A stretch of 52,679 nucleotides of DNA from an uncultured Desulfurococcaceae archaeon (GCA_964417765.1 CAYQIX010000001.1:1-52679); one strand, 5' to 3'; numbered from the stretch's first letter, positions 19,406 through 29,498 are shown. The notes: a model not told the origin generated them from the letters alone. Numbers and translations are program-made.

Positions 19406-21193
19406 TTGAATTATAAAATCCTAGCGATACTTGTGGCGGCATTAGTAGTTGGCAGCCTGCTGATGATTGTTGAAATCAACATAAGAGGAAGTAGTACCTA
19501 TCATTACGTAAGTAGCAGACAACCTAATTTAGAAGCAGAAGTACACGCAAAAAGTGCCGTTAAGAATGCTTCGGAATTACTGCTTAAGGTCCCTCGATTT
19601 AAGTTAGCTGTAGTTAACAACAACCTGATTATAGAGGTACCGGGGTATGTAGAGCAGCTGTGCTTCTACAAGCCAGGTGACACAATGCCTACCGCCATAA
19701 TGTGGACCCACAGCTTCGTGCCTATGGCTAGGAGCTTAAGTGATGTAATAGCAGACTACGTTTTCATGAATAAGACCTACATGTTCGTGAAGGTAGCGGT
19801 ACCTAAGTTGCTGTCAGTACTCAAGCCTGGAGTCTACGAACTAGCTGCCTGGTGTAAGGGAACTGAAGTCCTGAGTGCTCACGCTGTTGTAACGCCGTAC
19901 AGCATCAGAATAGAAGATGTAAAAATGGTGCACAGCCCGCCTAGAGTGTGTGAGGTAGAGGATTTGTGCGGAGAATTTAAGCTTCTATGCTATGTGAATT
20001 CGACTTCACTTAGTGTAGTGAGGTCTGCTGTCTATGGTGTTAGTTCAGGTAGATTAACTGAGACTGGAGCTGCGTGGCGAGCCCTAGAGTGGGCTGACTC
20101 CAACATAAAGTACGACAGGAGTAAGCTTGAAAGGAAAGACTATAGACTCATCGACCCCATAACAATGCTTAAGGAGAGGAGAGGCATTTGCATGGACTAC
20201 ACAGCTTTCTTAGTTACTGCACTTCTATCAGCTAATGTACAGCCGGTTTACGCACTAGTAATAAGCAACATAAATCACATAGCCCCGGCCATTAAGGTAA
20301 ATAACACACTATTTGTTCTAGATCAGGTCCTGCCACCTATGGAGATCGGCGACTACATTGAGTACCTACTGCTAGGAAATATTGGTAAAGTGAGCTTGCT
20401 GAAGTACTGGATACTCAATAGGGAGGTTCAGTTAGAGGTGCTCAACGACATTGAAATAGAAGCCACGGACACCTACCCGCAGGACGTTTTAGACTTAAGC
20501 GTCGAGGAAGAGGCGATAAACGCATTTGCAATGAAGCACCCTAACCTGAAGCTCCAACCTGCTCTCAAGTCACTAGCTGAATCCATTGGTTCTAGGTTAA
20601 TTATGCGCGTTCCTGAGCTAGTTGGCTACAGCAGCAGTCAGTACCCGCTGACAGCTCTTTATTCTCCCTTATTTAGGGAGCAGTGGATTGAGTACATAGT
20701 TGACTGTATGGACGAGTTGCTACTTAAGTACTATAATTTTACTGCAGTAAGCAGCGGAGAGTTTTGGGCGTCGATAGAGGGAGATACTCTATACTTCATA
20801 GCGATTAATTACTACTTACCTAATGTAACTGCTAAGTTGTCTAATGACTCATTAATTATCAGTGTATCTTCACGCGAGACTATAACCTCTGCTAGCATCA
20901 TAGTTTATGAGCACAGCAGAACTGAGCCCATAGCGGAGGTCCTGCCTAGTGAAGCTGCAGCAAGAAACTTAACAGCAATTAAAGCAGCTGCCTGGGTCAT
21001 GAAGGAGGGGTATGTGCAGATAGTTTTTAGTGTCAGCGAATTAAGTAGGAAGCTGCCAAGTGGCAGTTACGATATAGTCACACTAATTAATGGAAAACCA
21101 GTGCATGCTATCCACATTAAGTTAGAGAGAATATATAGTCTCTCACGTAATGAGTCAAGGTCTGCGCACGAAGCCTACGTAACTGTAACCTAG
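19406..21193 (+). CDS. Membrane-anchored transglutaminase-like (Cys-His-Asp) protein
   Basis: N-terminal TM helix (ILAILVAALVVGSLLMIVEI). The central block ERRGICMDYTAFLVTALLSANVQPVYALV...INHIAPAIKVNNTLFVLDQ fits the transglutaminase-like cysteine protease core. Flanking regions are unrecognised. TTG start. Confidence 0.6.
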   Translation: MNYKILAILVAALVVGSLLMIVEINIRGSSTYHYVSSRQPNLEAEVHAKSAVKNASELLLKVPRFKLAVVNNNLIIEVPGYVEQLCFYKPGDTMPTAIMWTHSFVPMARSLSDVIADYVFMNKTYMFVKVAVPKLLSVLKPGVYELAAWCKGTEVLSAHAVVTPYSIRIEDVKMVHSPPRVCEVEDLCGEFKLLCYVNSTSLSVVRSAVYGVSSGRLTETGAAWRALEWADSNIKYDRSKLERKDYRLIDPITMLKERRGICMDYTAFLVTALLSANVQPVYALVISNINHIAPAIKVNNTLFVLDQVLPPMEIGDYIEYLLLGNIGKVSLLKYWILNREVQLEVLNDIEIEATDTYPQDVLDLSVEEEAINAFAMKHPNLKLQPALKSLAESIGSRLIMRVPELVGYSSSQYPLTALYSPLFREQWIEYIVDCMDELLLKYYNFTAVSSGEFWASIEGDTLYFIAINYYLPNVTAKLSNDSLIISVSSRETITSASIIVYEHSRTEPIAEVLPSEAAARNLTAIKAAAWVMKEGYVQIVFSVSELSRKLPSGSYDIVTLINGKPVHAIHIKLERIYSLSRNESRSAHEAYVTVT

Positions 21194-21279
21194 ACATTCT
21201 CCGTAAGTTGAGCTTTCTAAGTACGCTTAGCACCTAAAACGATATTACCTTACGCAAGAACTAAAGTTTCGAAAGGCGG

Positions 21280-21999
21280 GTGCGTAGCGTGAGCTCCCCA
21301 GACGCAATAAGCATAGCTAAGTTAAATGCTGCTAAGAAAGCTGTAGAGTACGTACTTGATGCAGAAGTAATCGGGGTAGGAACTGGATCGACGGTTGAGA
21401 AATTCATTGAAGTACTAGCTGGGTACAAGTCAGACTTAAGGGACAGGGTATTTACAGGGTCATCCATTGACACAGTTCTCAAGTTGAGCAAGCTAGGCTT
21501 CAAGGTTGCTGACCCCCTAAGTCTTCGGAAGCTAGAAGTTTATGTAGACGGAGCTGATGAGGTTGACCCCAGCTTAAACATGATTAAGGGTGGGGGAGCT
21601 GCACTAACTCTCGAGAAGCTACTCACTTTCTACTCAAGAAAACGCGTCTTTATAGTAGATCACACGAAGCTAGTCTCGAGGCTAGGTGAGAAGCATCCCG
21701 TGCCAATAGATGTCCTCCCTCAAGCTGTCAACATGGTGCTCAGCTACTTAATGGAGAAAGGATATAATGTGCAGATAAGGTACCCGCATAAGGGTAAGTA
21801 CGGGCCGGTCGTCTCGGACATCGGCGGAGTCATAATAGATGTTGAGGTGCCTGACGGCGCAGATCCTGTTGTTCTTGAGAAGGAGCTTAAGTTGATACCC
21901 GGCGTAATAGAGACGGGCATCTTCATTAACTTAGCCGACTACGTCATTGTAGGGTATCCGGACAGATCTGAGGTGAAGGCGAAGAAGCTAAGTAGGTGA
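21280..21999 (+). CDS. rpiA: Ribose-5-phosphate isomerase A
   Basis: GVGTGSTV, YVDGADEVD and IKGGGAALTLEK motifs. GTG start. Confidence 0.9.
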   Translation: MRSVSSPDAISIAKLNAAKKAVEYVLDAEVIGVGTGSTVEKFIEVLAGYKSDLRDRVFTGSSIDTVLKLSKLGFKVADPLSLRKLEVYVDGADEVDPSLNMIKGGGAALTLEKLLTFYSRKRVFIVDHTKLVSRLGEKHPVPIDVLPQAVNMVLSYLMEKGYNVQIRYPHKGKYGPVVSDIGGVIIDVEVPDGADPVVLEKELKLIPGVIETGIFINLADYVIVGYPDRSEVKAKKLSR

Positions 22000-23529
22000 C
22001 TCAACTATTTTTGCTACCTCTCTAAATAACTCCTTCAAACTTACATAGAGAGATCTGTATACTTTGTAGTACCTACTATAAACTCTGTGCTTCTCCATGT
22101 TAGGTACTATCCTCTCGGAACTAGTCCTCACCATACGGGTTACTGCTTCTTCCACGCCGCGGTATGCACCAGCAACTACTGATGCGAGTATTGCTGCTCC
22201 ATAGGAAGAACCTTCATCAACGAGCATAGTGGTTACTTCAGTCCCGAACACGTCAGCAATTATCTGCTTCCATAATCTACTCCTCGAACCTCCTCCAAGC
22301 ACTCTAATCTGGTGAGCACTAATTCCTATGCTCTTCATCAACTCCATCGAGTCCCTCAATCCATAAGCTACACCCTCAAGTATAGCCCTAATGATGTGCC
22401 CCTTACTGTGCTTGAGTGATAGACCGAAAATCACCCCTCGAGCATATGGGTCTGCGTGGGGGGTTCTCTCCCCTGCTAGGTACGGAAGAAATAGCAGCCC
22501 TTCAGCACCTGCAGGAATGCGCTCAGCTTCCTTCACTAGGATATTGTAAGGGTCATCACCTACTAAGTCAGCTATGATCTTTTCGAGATGTCCTAAGCTG
22601 TCCCTAAACCACCTGAGTGAGCCACCTGCTGAAAGCATCACACCCATAAGGTGCCACTTACCAGGAACTGCGTGGCAGAAAGCATGTAACCTGCCTTCGG
22701 GGTCGTACCTAAATCTATCTGAGGCAGCGAACACCACCCCAGACGTCCCTATGTTTACTGAGATGAGTCCTTCAGTGACTATACCAGCACCCACCCCAGC
22801 TGCTCCTTGATCGCCAGCTCCAGCTGCGACGGGTATGCCAGGTTTAAGGCCGAGCTCCTTAGCTACTTCACTATGTAGCTCGCCTCTAACGCCTGGTGAC
22901 TCCAGCACCTCAGGAAGAATGCGGCTCGGTATGCCCAGCACATCGATAATCTCTTGGCACCAGCTCCTCCTCCTAACATCAAATAAGCTAGTGCCTGATG
23001 CGTCATTGACGTCAGTAATTACGTCACCTGTTAACTTATACCCGACGTAATCCTTAGGAAGCATGAACTTACTGACCTTAGCAAAGTTTTCTGGTTCGTT
23101 ATTTCTCAGCCAAAGTATTTTAGGGGCAGTAAAGCCTGTGTGAGCTATGTTTCCAGTGAGTTCGATGAGCTTCTCCCTACCTATTAGTGAGTTAATGAAT
23201 TCAGCCTCCTTAGCTGTTCTCTGATCATTCCATAAAATAGCAGGCCTTACGACCCTGCCCTCACCATCAATGACGACAAGCCCGTGCATTTGCCCTGTTA
23301 AGCCTATGCCCTCAATCTCATCACCTTTAATTCTGGCGCTAGCGATAGCAGCTTTTACAGCGTTAACGCAAGCCTTCCACCAGTCACCAGGATCTTGCTC
23401 TGACCACCCTGGCTTCGGTGTGTATAACGGGTACTCAAACATTGCTTTACCTACTACAGAGCCTTCCTCATTAATTATGAGGGCTTTACAGCCTGTGGTT
23501 CCCACGTCAATTCCAAGGTAGTAGGGCAT
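21988..23529 (-). CDS. xylB: FGGY-family carbohydrate kinase, xylulokinase-like
   Basis: YYLGIDVGTTGCKALI, GAGDQGAAGVGAG and LGGGSRSRLWKQIIADV motifs. I prefer ATG 23529 (MPYYLGIDVG...) over the listed 23601. The longer form would overlap the rpe start and cover the promoter-like TATA elements. Confidence 0.8.
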   Translation of the reverse strand: MPYYLGIDVGTTGCKALIINEEGSVVGKAMFEYPLYTPKPGWSEQDPGDWWKACVNAVKAAIASARIKGDEIEGIGLTGQMHGLVVIDGEGRVVRPAILWNDQRTAKEAEFINSLIGREKLIELTGNIAHTGFTAPKILWLRNNEPENFAKVSKFMLPKDYVGYKLTGDVITDVNDASGTSLFDVRRRSWCQEIIDVLGIPSRILPEVLESPGVRGELHSEVAKELGLKPGIPVAAGAGDQGAAGVGAGIVTEGLISVNIGTSGVVFAASDRFRYDPEGRLHAFCHAVPGKWHLMGVMLSAGGSLRWFRDSLGHLEKIIADLVGDDPYNILVKEAERIPAGAEGLLFLPYLAGERTPHADPYARGVIFGLSLKHSKGHIIRAILEGVAYGLRDSMELMKSIGISAHQIRVLGGGSRSRLWKQIIADVFGTEVTTMLVDEGSSYGAAILASVVAGAYRGVEEAVTRMVRTSSERIVPNMEKHRVYSRYYKVYRSLYVSLKELFREVAKIVESPT

Positions 23530-23540
23530 GAGCCCACACG

Positions 23541-23569
23541 TTATATAGTATTTCGGTGTAGTTATAAAG
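23541..23569. promoter_or_regulatory. Compact bidirectional promoter (xylB-like <-> rpe)
   Basis: The 41-bp divergent spacer holds TTATATAG (23541-23548, plus strand, about 25-30 nt before the rpe GTG 23571). It also holds CTTTATAA on the minus strand (23562-23569, about 33-40 nt before ATG 23529). Confidence 0.4.
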
Positions 23570-23570
23570 G

Positions 23571-24263
23571 GTGGTGTCAGTGCCTCCAATACTTTCAGCA
23601 TCGATACTAAATGCTGACTTCACTAAGCTTTGGGAATGTGTTAGTGAAGCACTAAGCTCAGGTGTCGACATGGTGCATTTTGACATAGCTGACGGATGCT
23701 TCGTGCCTAACCTGACCTTCGGCCCTATGATCGTTAGAGCGCTGAGAAAAGTCACTAATGCATCATTCGATGCCCATTTGATGGTAGTAAATCCAGAGCA
23801 GTACATTGAGGAGCTAGCCGAGCTTAAAGTTGAGTACATATACTTTCACTATGAAGCAACAAGGAGTCACTACCGGCTAGTGAAGAAAATTAGGGATTAC
23901 GGAGTAAAGGCAGGTATAGCACTTAATCCCTCAACACCTGTAAGCTCACTAACTGATGTGCTTCCTGATATAGACGCAGTTCTTATCATGTTGGTTGAGC
24001 CAGGATTTGGAGGGCAGAAGATGATTCCGAGAATGTTAGGCAAGATTAAGGCGCTGGCACGCTTAAGGGAGGAGGAGGGGATGAATTACGTCATAGCAGC
24101 TGATGGAGGCATAAAAGTTCATAATGTTGCAGAGGTCGTGAGGTCAGGTGCTGACATAATTGTCGTGGGCTCCGGCATATTTGCTCAGGAAGACATAGGA
24201 GCTGCGGTTACTGCATTAAAGAAAAAGATTAGTGAAGCCGTCTTGAACTCCACGAGGAAGTAG
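23571..24263 (+). CDS. rpe: Ribulose-phosphate 3-epimerase
   Basis: SILNADFTKL, HFDIADGCFVPNLTFG, MLVEPGFGGQK and ADGGI motifs. GTG start, with alternative GTGs 3 and 9 nt downstream. Confidence 0.9.
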   Translation: MVSVPPILSASILNADFTKLWECVSEALSSGVDMVHFDIADGCFVPNLTFGPMIVRALRKVTNASFDAHLMVVNPEQYIEELAELKVEYIYFHYEATRSHYRLVKKIRDYGVKAGIALNPSTPVSSLTDVLPDIDAVLIMLVEPGFGGQKMIPRMLGKIKALARLREEEGMNYVIAADGGIKVHNVAEVVRSGADIIVVGSGIFAQEDIGAAVTALKKKISEAVLNSTRK

Positions 24264-24278
24264 GTACCCTGTATGCGC

Positions 24279-25298
24279 TCACCGCTTCTTTACACTCGTC
24301 ATCTCTGAGATTCTCTCACCTTGCTCTCTAATTAAGCTCATAACGTTCCCTATGCTTACTGCCGTAGCCGCCCCAGCACCCGTAGTGGCAGACGCACCTG
24401 TCGCCTGAGCGAACATGAGCATTTCTACGAGGTCACCCTCATCTAGGCTGCCAATATTGTGTGGATCCCTAATTTCATGTTTAATAAGCCAGTAGATGAT
24501 GCCAGCACTAAAGGCGTCACCAGCTCCGGTCGAGTCGATAGCATCTACCCTGAATGCTGGCTGAAAAATTGTGAGGTCCTTAGTTAGTAAGAAAGCTCCT
24601 CTACTACCAAGCGTAACTAAAACTATGCTTGTTCCCTCATCTATGAGCCTCTTAGCGCCATCTTCAATACTCTCAGCATTAGTTAGGTACTTCAGCTCAC
24701 CTACATTACAGTGCAGGATGTGGACAGAGCATGCAGCACGAAATATTTCTTCTCTCTTCTTCGAAGCCTTACTTGGCGGTATGACAAAGTCTAGGAAGAC
24801 TATTGACTTAGATCTCACGTCACTCGCTATATCTACAGCAGCTGAATCTACCTCACCTAGAAAACCTATTGCTAAGTAAGTTACGTAGCTCTCCGCACCT
24901 GCTAGCACCCTGCGTACGAAATTAGCCGGAAGATCCTCATTAGCTCCAGTAGCTATAATGAATCTCCTGTCCTGACCTTCTTCAACTAGTATCACGTTCT
25001 TTCCTGTGCCAGTTGCACGCGATACGAATACATTGCTGACGAACCCATACTTTGAGATAACATTTAATACATAGCTCCCGAAGGGATCTGACCCAACAGC
25101 CCCGACAACCATGATTGTCTTAGGGTCTAGACCGAGCTTAACTAGGTCAATAGGTACGTTTATAGCGTGCCCACCTGTCGATATGGTGAAGTCCCTCCCA
25201 ACATAAGTTATCTCACCTGGGTCAGGTATCTTCTGAAGCCCGTGAATGACTATATCTACCATTAAGAACCCTATGCACGTACAGGCCAGCAATTGCAT
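24279..25298 (-). CDS. PfkB-family sugar kinase (ribokinase-like)
   Basis: C-terminal DSTGAGDAFSAG signature of the ribokinase/PfkB family. 339 aa. Confidence 0.8.
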   Translation of the reverse strand: MQLLACTCIGFLMVDIVIHGLQKIPDPGEITYVGRDFTISTGGHAINVPIDLVKLGLDPKTIMVVGAVGSDPFGSYVLNVISKYGFVSNVFVSRATGTGKNVILVEEGQDRRFIIATGANEDLPANFVRRVLAGAESYVTYLAIGFLGEVDSAAVDIASDVRSKSIVFLDFVIPPSKASKKREEIFRAACSVHILHCNVGELKYLTNAESIEDGAKRLIDEGTSIVLVTLGSRGAFLLTKDLTIFQPAFRVDAIDSTGAGDAFSAGIIYWLIKHEIRDPHNIGSLDEGDLVEMLMFAQATGASATTGAGAATAVSIGNVMSLIREQGERISEMTSVKKR

Positions 25299-25453
25299 AC
25301 CCTCTATAAAATCTAAGTAATTCTAAGCATTATAATCATTAAAAACTAATTTTAGGTATTACCTTTGGACACAAGCTATAATTGCTTTACGTAATTTTAA
25401 CACATTAAGTTTATTAAAGAGTGCCCAATCTATAGTTATTGAGGTAGTAGTTC

Positions 25454-26695
25454 ATGAATCTACATCTCCTCGCTAGAGGAGCTTCCAAAACTATTGCTAT
25501 AGTCATAGTGGTCGTGGTTATTGTTGCTGCAATCGCTGGCTTAGCTGCATACATGACCCAGCAGCCACCTGCTGCTACTACGACGACACCAACTGAGACT
25601 ACACCTACTACGACCTCTCCGTCACCTACAACCACAACACCAACAACTACTGCAGCTCCGCCGCCGAAGAAGCTCAAGTTCGTCGTAATAGGTAAGTCAG
25701 TACACCCGTACTGGTCGGTAGTTGAGGCGGGTGTCAAGAAAGCTGGTGAAGAGTTAGGTGTTGAGGCAGTATTCTGGGTACCTAAGACTGAGAACGTTCA
25801 GCAGCAGCTAAGTACTATGGACACCTACATTAGTGAAGGTGTTGCAGGAATAGCTATAGCTCCTTCAGACCCCGATGCTGCTGCTCCATATATTGCGAAG
25901 GCTATTGAGAAGGGTATTCCAGTGATAACTATAGACACTGATGCTCCGAACAGCAAGAGGCTAGCCTACCTAGGCACAGGCAACTACAAGGCCGGATGGC
26001 TAGCTGGATTAGCAATGTGGCAGCTGCTTAAGGAGAAGGGCTACGTGAAGCCTGGTGCTACGGTTAAGATAGGAATACTAACTGGCTCACTGACTGCTAG
26101 GAACTCATTAGAGAGAATTGCTGGATTCAAGGACGCAATAATGAACTGCTCGCAGAAGGACCCAGACATCAAGGGCAACATTAAGATAGAGTTCCTAGGA
26201 CCTTACAATGATAAGGAGGATCCTGTCCAAGCATTTAACCTAGCACTATCCGTGATTCAGGGCAACCCAGACATAGCTGGAGTATTCGGAGTCTACGCCT
26301 ATGACGGCCCTGCATGGGCAAAGGCTCTGAAGCAGGCAGGCATACCGCCAGGTAAGGTAGTTCTGGTTGAGTTCGACGTAACATCAGATAACGTACCTCC
26401 GATTAAAGAAGGCTATGCACAGGTAACAGTAGGGCAGAGGCAGTACTTCATGGGTTATCTAGGAGTAAAGCTCCTATACAACATGACTAAGGTGGGCTGG
26501 GAGAAGGCACTAAAGCAGTTCATCCCAGGATACCCAGAGAATAAGATTTACGATACAGGCGTAGACTTAGTTGGAGCAAAGCACATGGAGTTTACAGCAC
26601 CAACCGGAGAGAAGGTAGTAATACTGAGCTTAGATGAGTACAAGGAGCTAGCTGAGAAACTAGGTATACCGCCAGAGCTACTAGGTCTAGGGTAA
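25454..26695 (+). CDS. Sugar ABC transporter substrate-binding protein (RbsB-like) with Thr/Pro-rich linker
   Basis: N-terminal membrane anchor, then a TTTTPTETTPTTTSPSPTTTTPTTTAAPPP linker (about nt 25570-25665). Next comes a periplasmic-binding-protein type I fold (KFVVIGKSVHPYWSVVEAGVKKAGEELG). Confidence 0.8.
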   Translation: MNLHLLARGASKTIAIVIVVVVIVAAIAGLAAYMTQQPPAATTTTPTETTPTTTSPSPTTTTPTTTAAPPPKKLKFVVIGKSVHPYWSVVEAGVKKAGEELGVEAVFWVPKTENVQQQLSTMDTYISEGVAGIAIAPSDPDAAAPYIAKAIEKGIPVITIDTDAPNSKRLAYLGTGNYKAGWLAGLAMWQLLKEKGYVKPGATVKIGILTGSLTARNSLERIAGFKDAIMNCSQKDPDIKGNIKIEFLGPYNDKEDPVQAFNLALSVIQGNPDIAGVFGVYAYDGPAWAKALKQAGIPPGKVVLVEFDVTSDNVPPIKEGYAQVTVGQRQYFMGYLGVKLLYNMTKVGWEKALKQFIPGYPENKIYDTGVDLVGAKHMEFTAPTGEKVVILSLDEYKELAEKLGIPPELLGLG

Positions 26696-26735
26696 GTAGC
26701 TTTTCTAGAAAATAGTCAACTACAAAACATACATC

Positions 26736-26741
26736 TTTTTT
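26736..26741 (+). terminator. Oligo-T tract downstream of the binding-protein gene (possible archaeal terminator/attenuator)
   Basis: T6 run about 40 nt after the stop at 26695, inside a 172-nt gap before the ATPase gene. Confidence 0.3.
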
Positions 26742-26867
26742 AATCTTCTCCGAGAATAACACCCACCTTAAACATGAGCTTATTGTAGTGTTATTATCAT
26801 AAATCATTTAAAATATCGCTCTGAGTAACATTAAAGTAGAGATAAGATAGTGGCGGGGCGGGCTTAA

Positions 26868-28379
26868 GTGGAGGAAGTAATACTCCTCATGGAGAACATA
26901 TGGAAGAAGTTCCCTGGAGTAGTTGCTCTAAAAGGAGTGACTGTTGACGTTAAGCGAGGGGAGATACTCGGACTGGTTGGGGAAAATGGAGCCGGAAAAT
27001 CCACGTTACTGAAGATACTCTTCGGTATACATAAGGCGGACAAAGGAAGAATTGTCTGGAAGGGTAGGGAAGTAGAGGTCAAGAATCCATACCACGCAAT
27101 GACTTTAGGCATCAGCTACGTTCCTCAGGAAACACTACTCTCACCTAACTTATCAATAGCTGAGAACATTTTCTTAGGCTTCAGGCTTCGCAAGGGCTTT
27201 AGCTTAATGAAGTACAGCGACATAGTTAATGATGCTAAGAAGCTCTTGTCTGCATTAGATCTCGATGTAGATCCTATGACTAGGGTCGGGGAGCTTAGTG
27301 TAGCTATGCAGCAGCTTGTTATGGTTGCTCGCGCACTTGCCTTCAATGCTGAGCTCATAGTTTTTGATGAGCCGACTTCAGCGCTTGGCCCTAGAGAAAC
27401 TGAGAGGCTTCTAAGTGTGATGCTCAAGCTCAAGGAGAGGGGAATATCAGTTATCTTTGTGAGCCACAGAATAGAAGAAGTACTTAAGGTAGCTGATAGA
27501 GTGGTAGTTCTGCGAGACGGCAAGAAAGTAGCAACGTTTGACAATCGAGAAAAGAAGGTCTCTCTATCTGAAGTTGTGAGAGCGATGATAGCTAGAGATG
27601 TGAAGGAGTTCTTCCCCAAGGAGGAGGTCCCTATTAGGGAGAAGATATTTGAGGTACGGAGCTTAAGTGGTGGGAAGGTAAAGGACGTGAGCTTCTATGT
27701 GAGGAGTGGTGAGATACTAGGAATATTCGGTCTGGTTGGCTCCGGCAGAACAACTATGGCACAGATGATAGTGGGTGTGAGGCCAAAGGAAAGAGGTGAA
27801 GTATACGTAGATGGTAGGAAGGTGGTTATTAAGAAGCCTTCGGACGCCATTAAGGCAGGAATAGCGTATCTTCCTGAAGACAGGAGGTACCAGGGATTAG
27901 TGCTGAGAATGAATGTGAGAGATAACATCACGCTACCTATATTAAAAAGAATTAGGTCATTATCAATGGGCTTTCTGTCACCAATAAATAGAGTTAAGGA
28001 GGAAGGGATAGTTAGTGATCACATAGGTAAGTTGAGGATAGTGCCTCCAGATCCGAATAGGAAGACCATGTACTTGAGTGGAGGTAATCAGCAGAAGGTG
28101 GTTCTCGCTAAGTGGTTGGCCTCGAGAGCTAGAATACTAATACTCGACGAGCCGACAAGAGGAATCGACGTAGGTGCTAAGGTAGAGATTAGGAAGCTCA
28201 TGGTCGAGCTAGCTAGAGAGGGAAAAGCAGTAATTCTAATCTCATCAGAGTTGATGGAGATCTTAGGGATGAGTGATAGGGTACTTGTCATGGCTGACGG
28301 AAAGATCGTAGCTGAGTTCGAGAGGGCTGAGGCCACGCCTCAGAAGGTTATGGAGTGCGCTGTAAAGTCATATAAGTGA
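26868..28379 (+). CDS. Sugar ABC transporter ATP-binding protein (duplicated ABC domains, RbsA-like)
   Basis: Two Walker A motifs (GENGAGKST, GLVGSGRT), the signature LSGGNQQK, and Walker B ILILDEPT. GTG start. Confidence 0.9.
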   Translation: MEEVILLMENIWKKFPGVVALKGVTVDVKRGEILGLVGENGAGKSTLLKILFGIHKADKGRIVWKGREVEVKNPYHAMTLGISYVPQETLLSPNLSIAENIFLGFRLRKGFSLMKYSDIVNDAKKLLSALDLDVDPMTRVGELSVAMQQLVMVARALAFNAELIVFDEPTSALGPRETERLLSVMLKLKERGISVIFVSHRIEEVLKVADRVVVLRDGKKVATFDNREKKVSLSEVVRAMIARDVKEFFPKEEVPIREKIFEVRSLSGGKVKDVSFYVRSGEILGIFGLVGSGRTTMAQMIVGVRPKERGEVYVDGRKVVIKKPSDAIKAGIAYLPEDRRYQGLVLRMNVRDNITLPILKRIRSLSMGFLSPINRVKEEGIVSDHIGKLRIVPPDPNRKTMYLSGGNQQKVVLAKWLASRARILILDEPTRGIDVGAKVEIRKLMVELAREGKAVILISSELMEILGMSDRVLVMADGKIVAEFERAEATPQKVMECAVKSYK

Positions 28380-28523
28380 CACGCTTTAGTTCAAGAGTTT
28401 AAAGCACTTATTATTATACTACAGGCGGTGTGGCTGAGGTAAGTAATTACAGATTGTAGAGAAAATGTTTTTATCTTTCCCCTAATACTTCTAGGCTAGA
28501 AAGTATGCTGGAGGTGTGCCATA

Positions 28524-29498
28524 GTGGCTGCTCCCCAGCGACTAACTAAGTTATTTAAGGGTGGTGTGCCGGAGTTTAACATCACGATAGCTACGATTAT
28601 ACTAGCTCTAATCATAGGTTTCGTTAACCCGAAGTTCTGGACGATGAGCAACTGGTTCACTATACTTAGGTGGTTCACGGGGCTTGGACTGCTAGCACTA
28701 GGTGAGTCAATGGCACTCATTGGAGGAGGTCTAGACCTGTCAGTTAGTGCCGTAGCTTCAATAGTGTCTATGGTGTTCGCTTACCTACTGGAGTTCATGG
28801 GCTTTAACGTTATAGCAGCAGCAATAGTTGCGTTACTAATTGCGGCAGCAATAGGTCTTTACCACGGCTTATTCGTGATAGCGTTCTCACCGCCGCTACC
28901 AACAATAGTTCCTGCGTTCATTGTGACGCTAGGCTCACTAATACTGGTTAGTGGGCTGGCCGTAGTCATGACGCACGGCTGGCCCATAGTCATATCTAAA
29001 GAAACAGCTGCAGTAGCTTCTCTATCGTCAACACCTGTTCTATTCACTATCATCCTCGTGGGCACTATCTTCATAATATTTGTTCAGAGGTACACAGTCT
29101 TTGGCAGGTTCCTGTACAGCATAGGAGGCAACATGGAGGCAGCCAGGGTGTCTGGAGTACCTATTCACAAGACAAGAGTGCTTGCCTTTGTGTTCTCCTC
29201 AGTATTCTCTGGGTTAGCTGGCTTAGTATTCACATCGATGCTGATGACTGGCTACCCTGGTGTTGCAGCAGGTCAGGAGCTCTATGCTATTGCGTCAAAC
29301 GCAATAGGTGGAGTAAGCTTAGCTGGAGGTGAGGGCAGCGCTATAGGAGCAATAATAGGTGCATTGCTGATGACTGTGATAAGGAACGGCTTAGTACTAA
29401 TGGGTGTTTCACCGTACTGGCATGACCCAATAGCTGGAATAATACTGGTTGTAGCGGTTGGGATTGACCTATTTAGGAGAACTCGAGGAGCAAGATGA
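28524..29498 (+). CDS. Sugar ABC transporter permease (RbsC-like)
   Basis: 324 aa polytopic protein of the RbsC/BPD_transp_2 type. GTG start preceded by GGAGGTG (28511-28517). Confidence 0.85.
   Translation: MAAPQRLTKLFKGGVPEFNITIATIILALIIGFVNPKFWTMSNWFTILRWFTGLGLLALGESMALIGGGLDLSVSAVASIVSMVFAYLLEFMGFNVIAAAIVALLIAAAIGLYHGLFVIAFSPPLPTIVPAFIVTLGSLILVSGLAVVMTHGWPIVISKETAAVASLSSTPVLFTIILVGTIFIIFVQRYTVFGRFLYSIGGNMEAARVSGVPIHKTRVLAFVFSSVFSGLAGLVFTSMLMTGYPGVAAGQELYAIASNAIGGVSLAGGEGSAIGAIIGALLMTVIRNGLVLMGVSPYWHDPIAGIILVVAVGIDLFRRTRGAR

Noticed and set aside
23530-23601. N-terminal extension of the listed 537-aa FGGY kinase ORF.
   Set aside because: The family normally starts a few residues before the ...GIDVGTT... 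motif. The extension would cover both TATA-like boxes and overlap the rpe start.
25414-25737. 107-aa minus-strand ORF overlapping the start of the sugar-binding protein gene.
   Set aside because: It is the reverse complement of the Thr/Pro linker and signal anchor, reading as poly-Val/Gly. It has no independent support.
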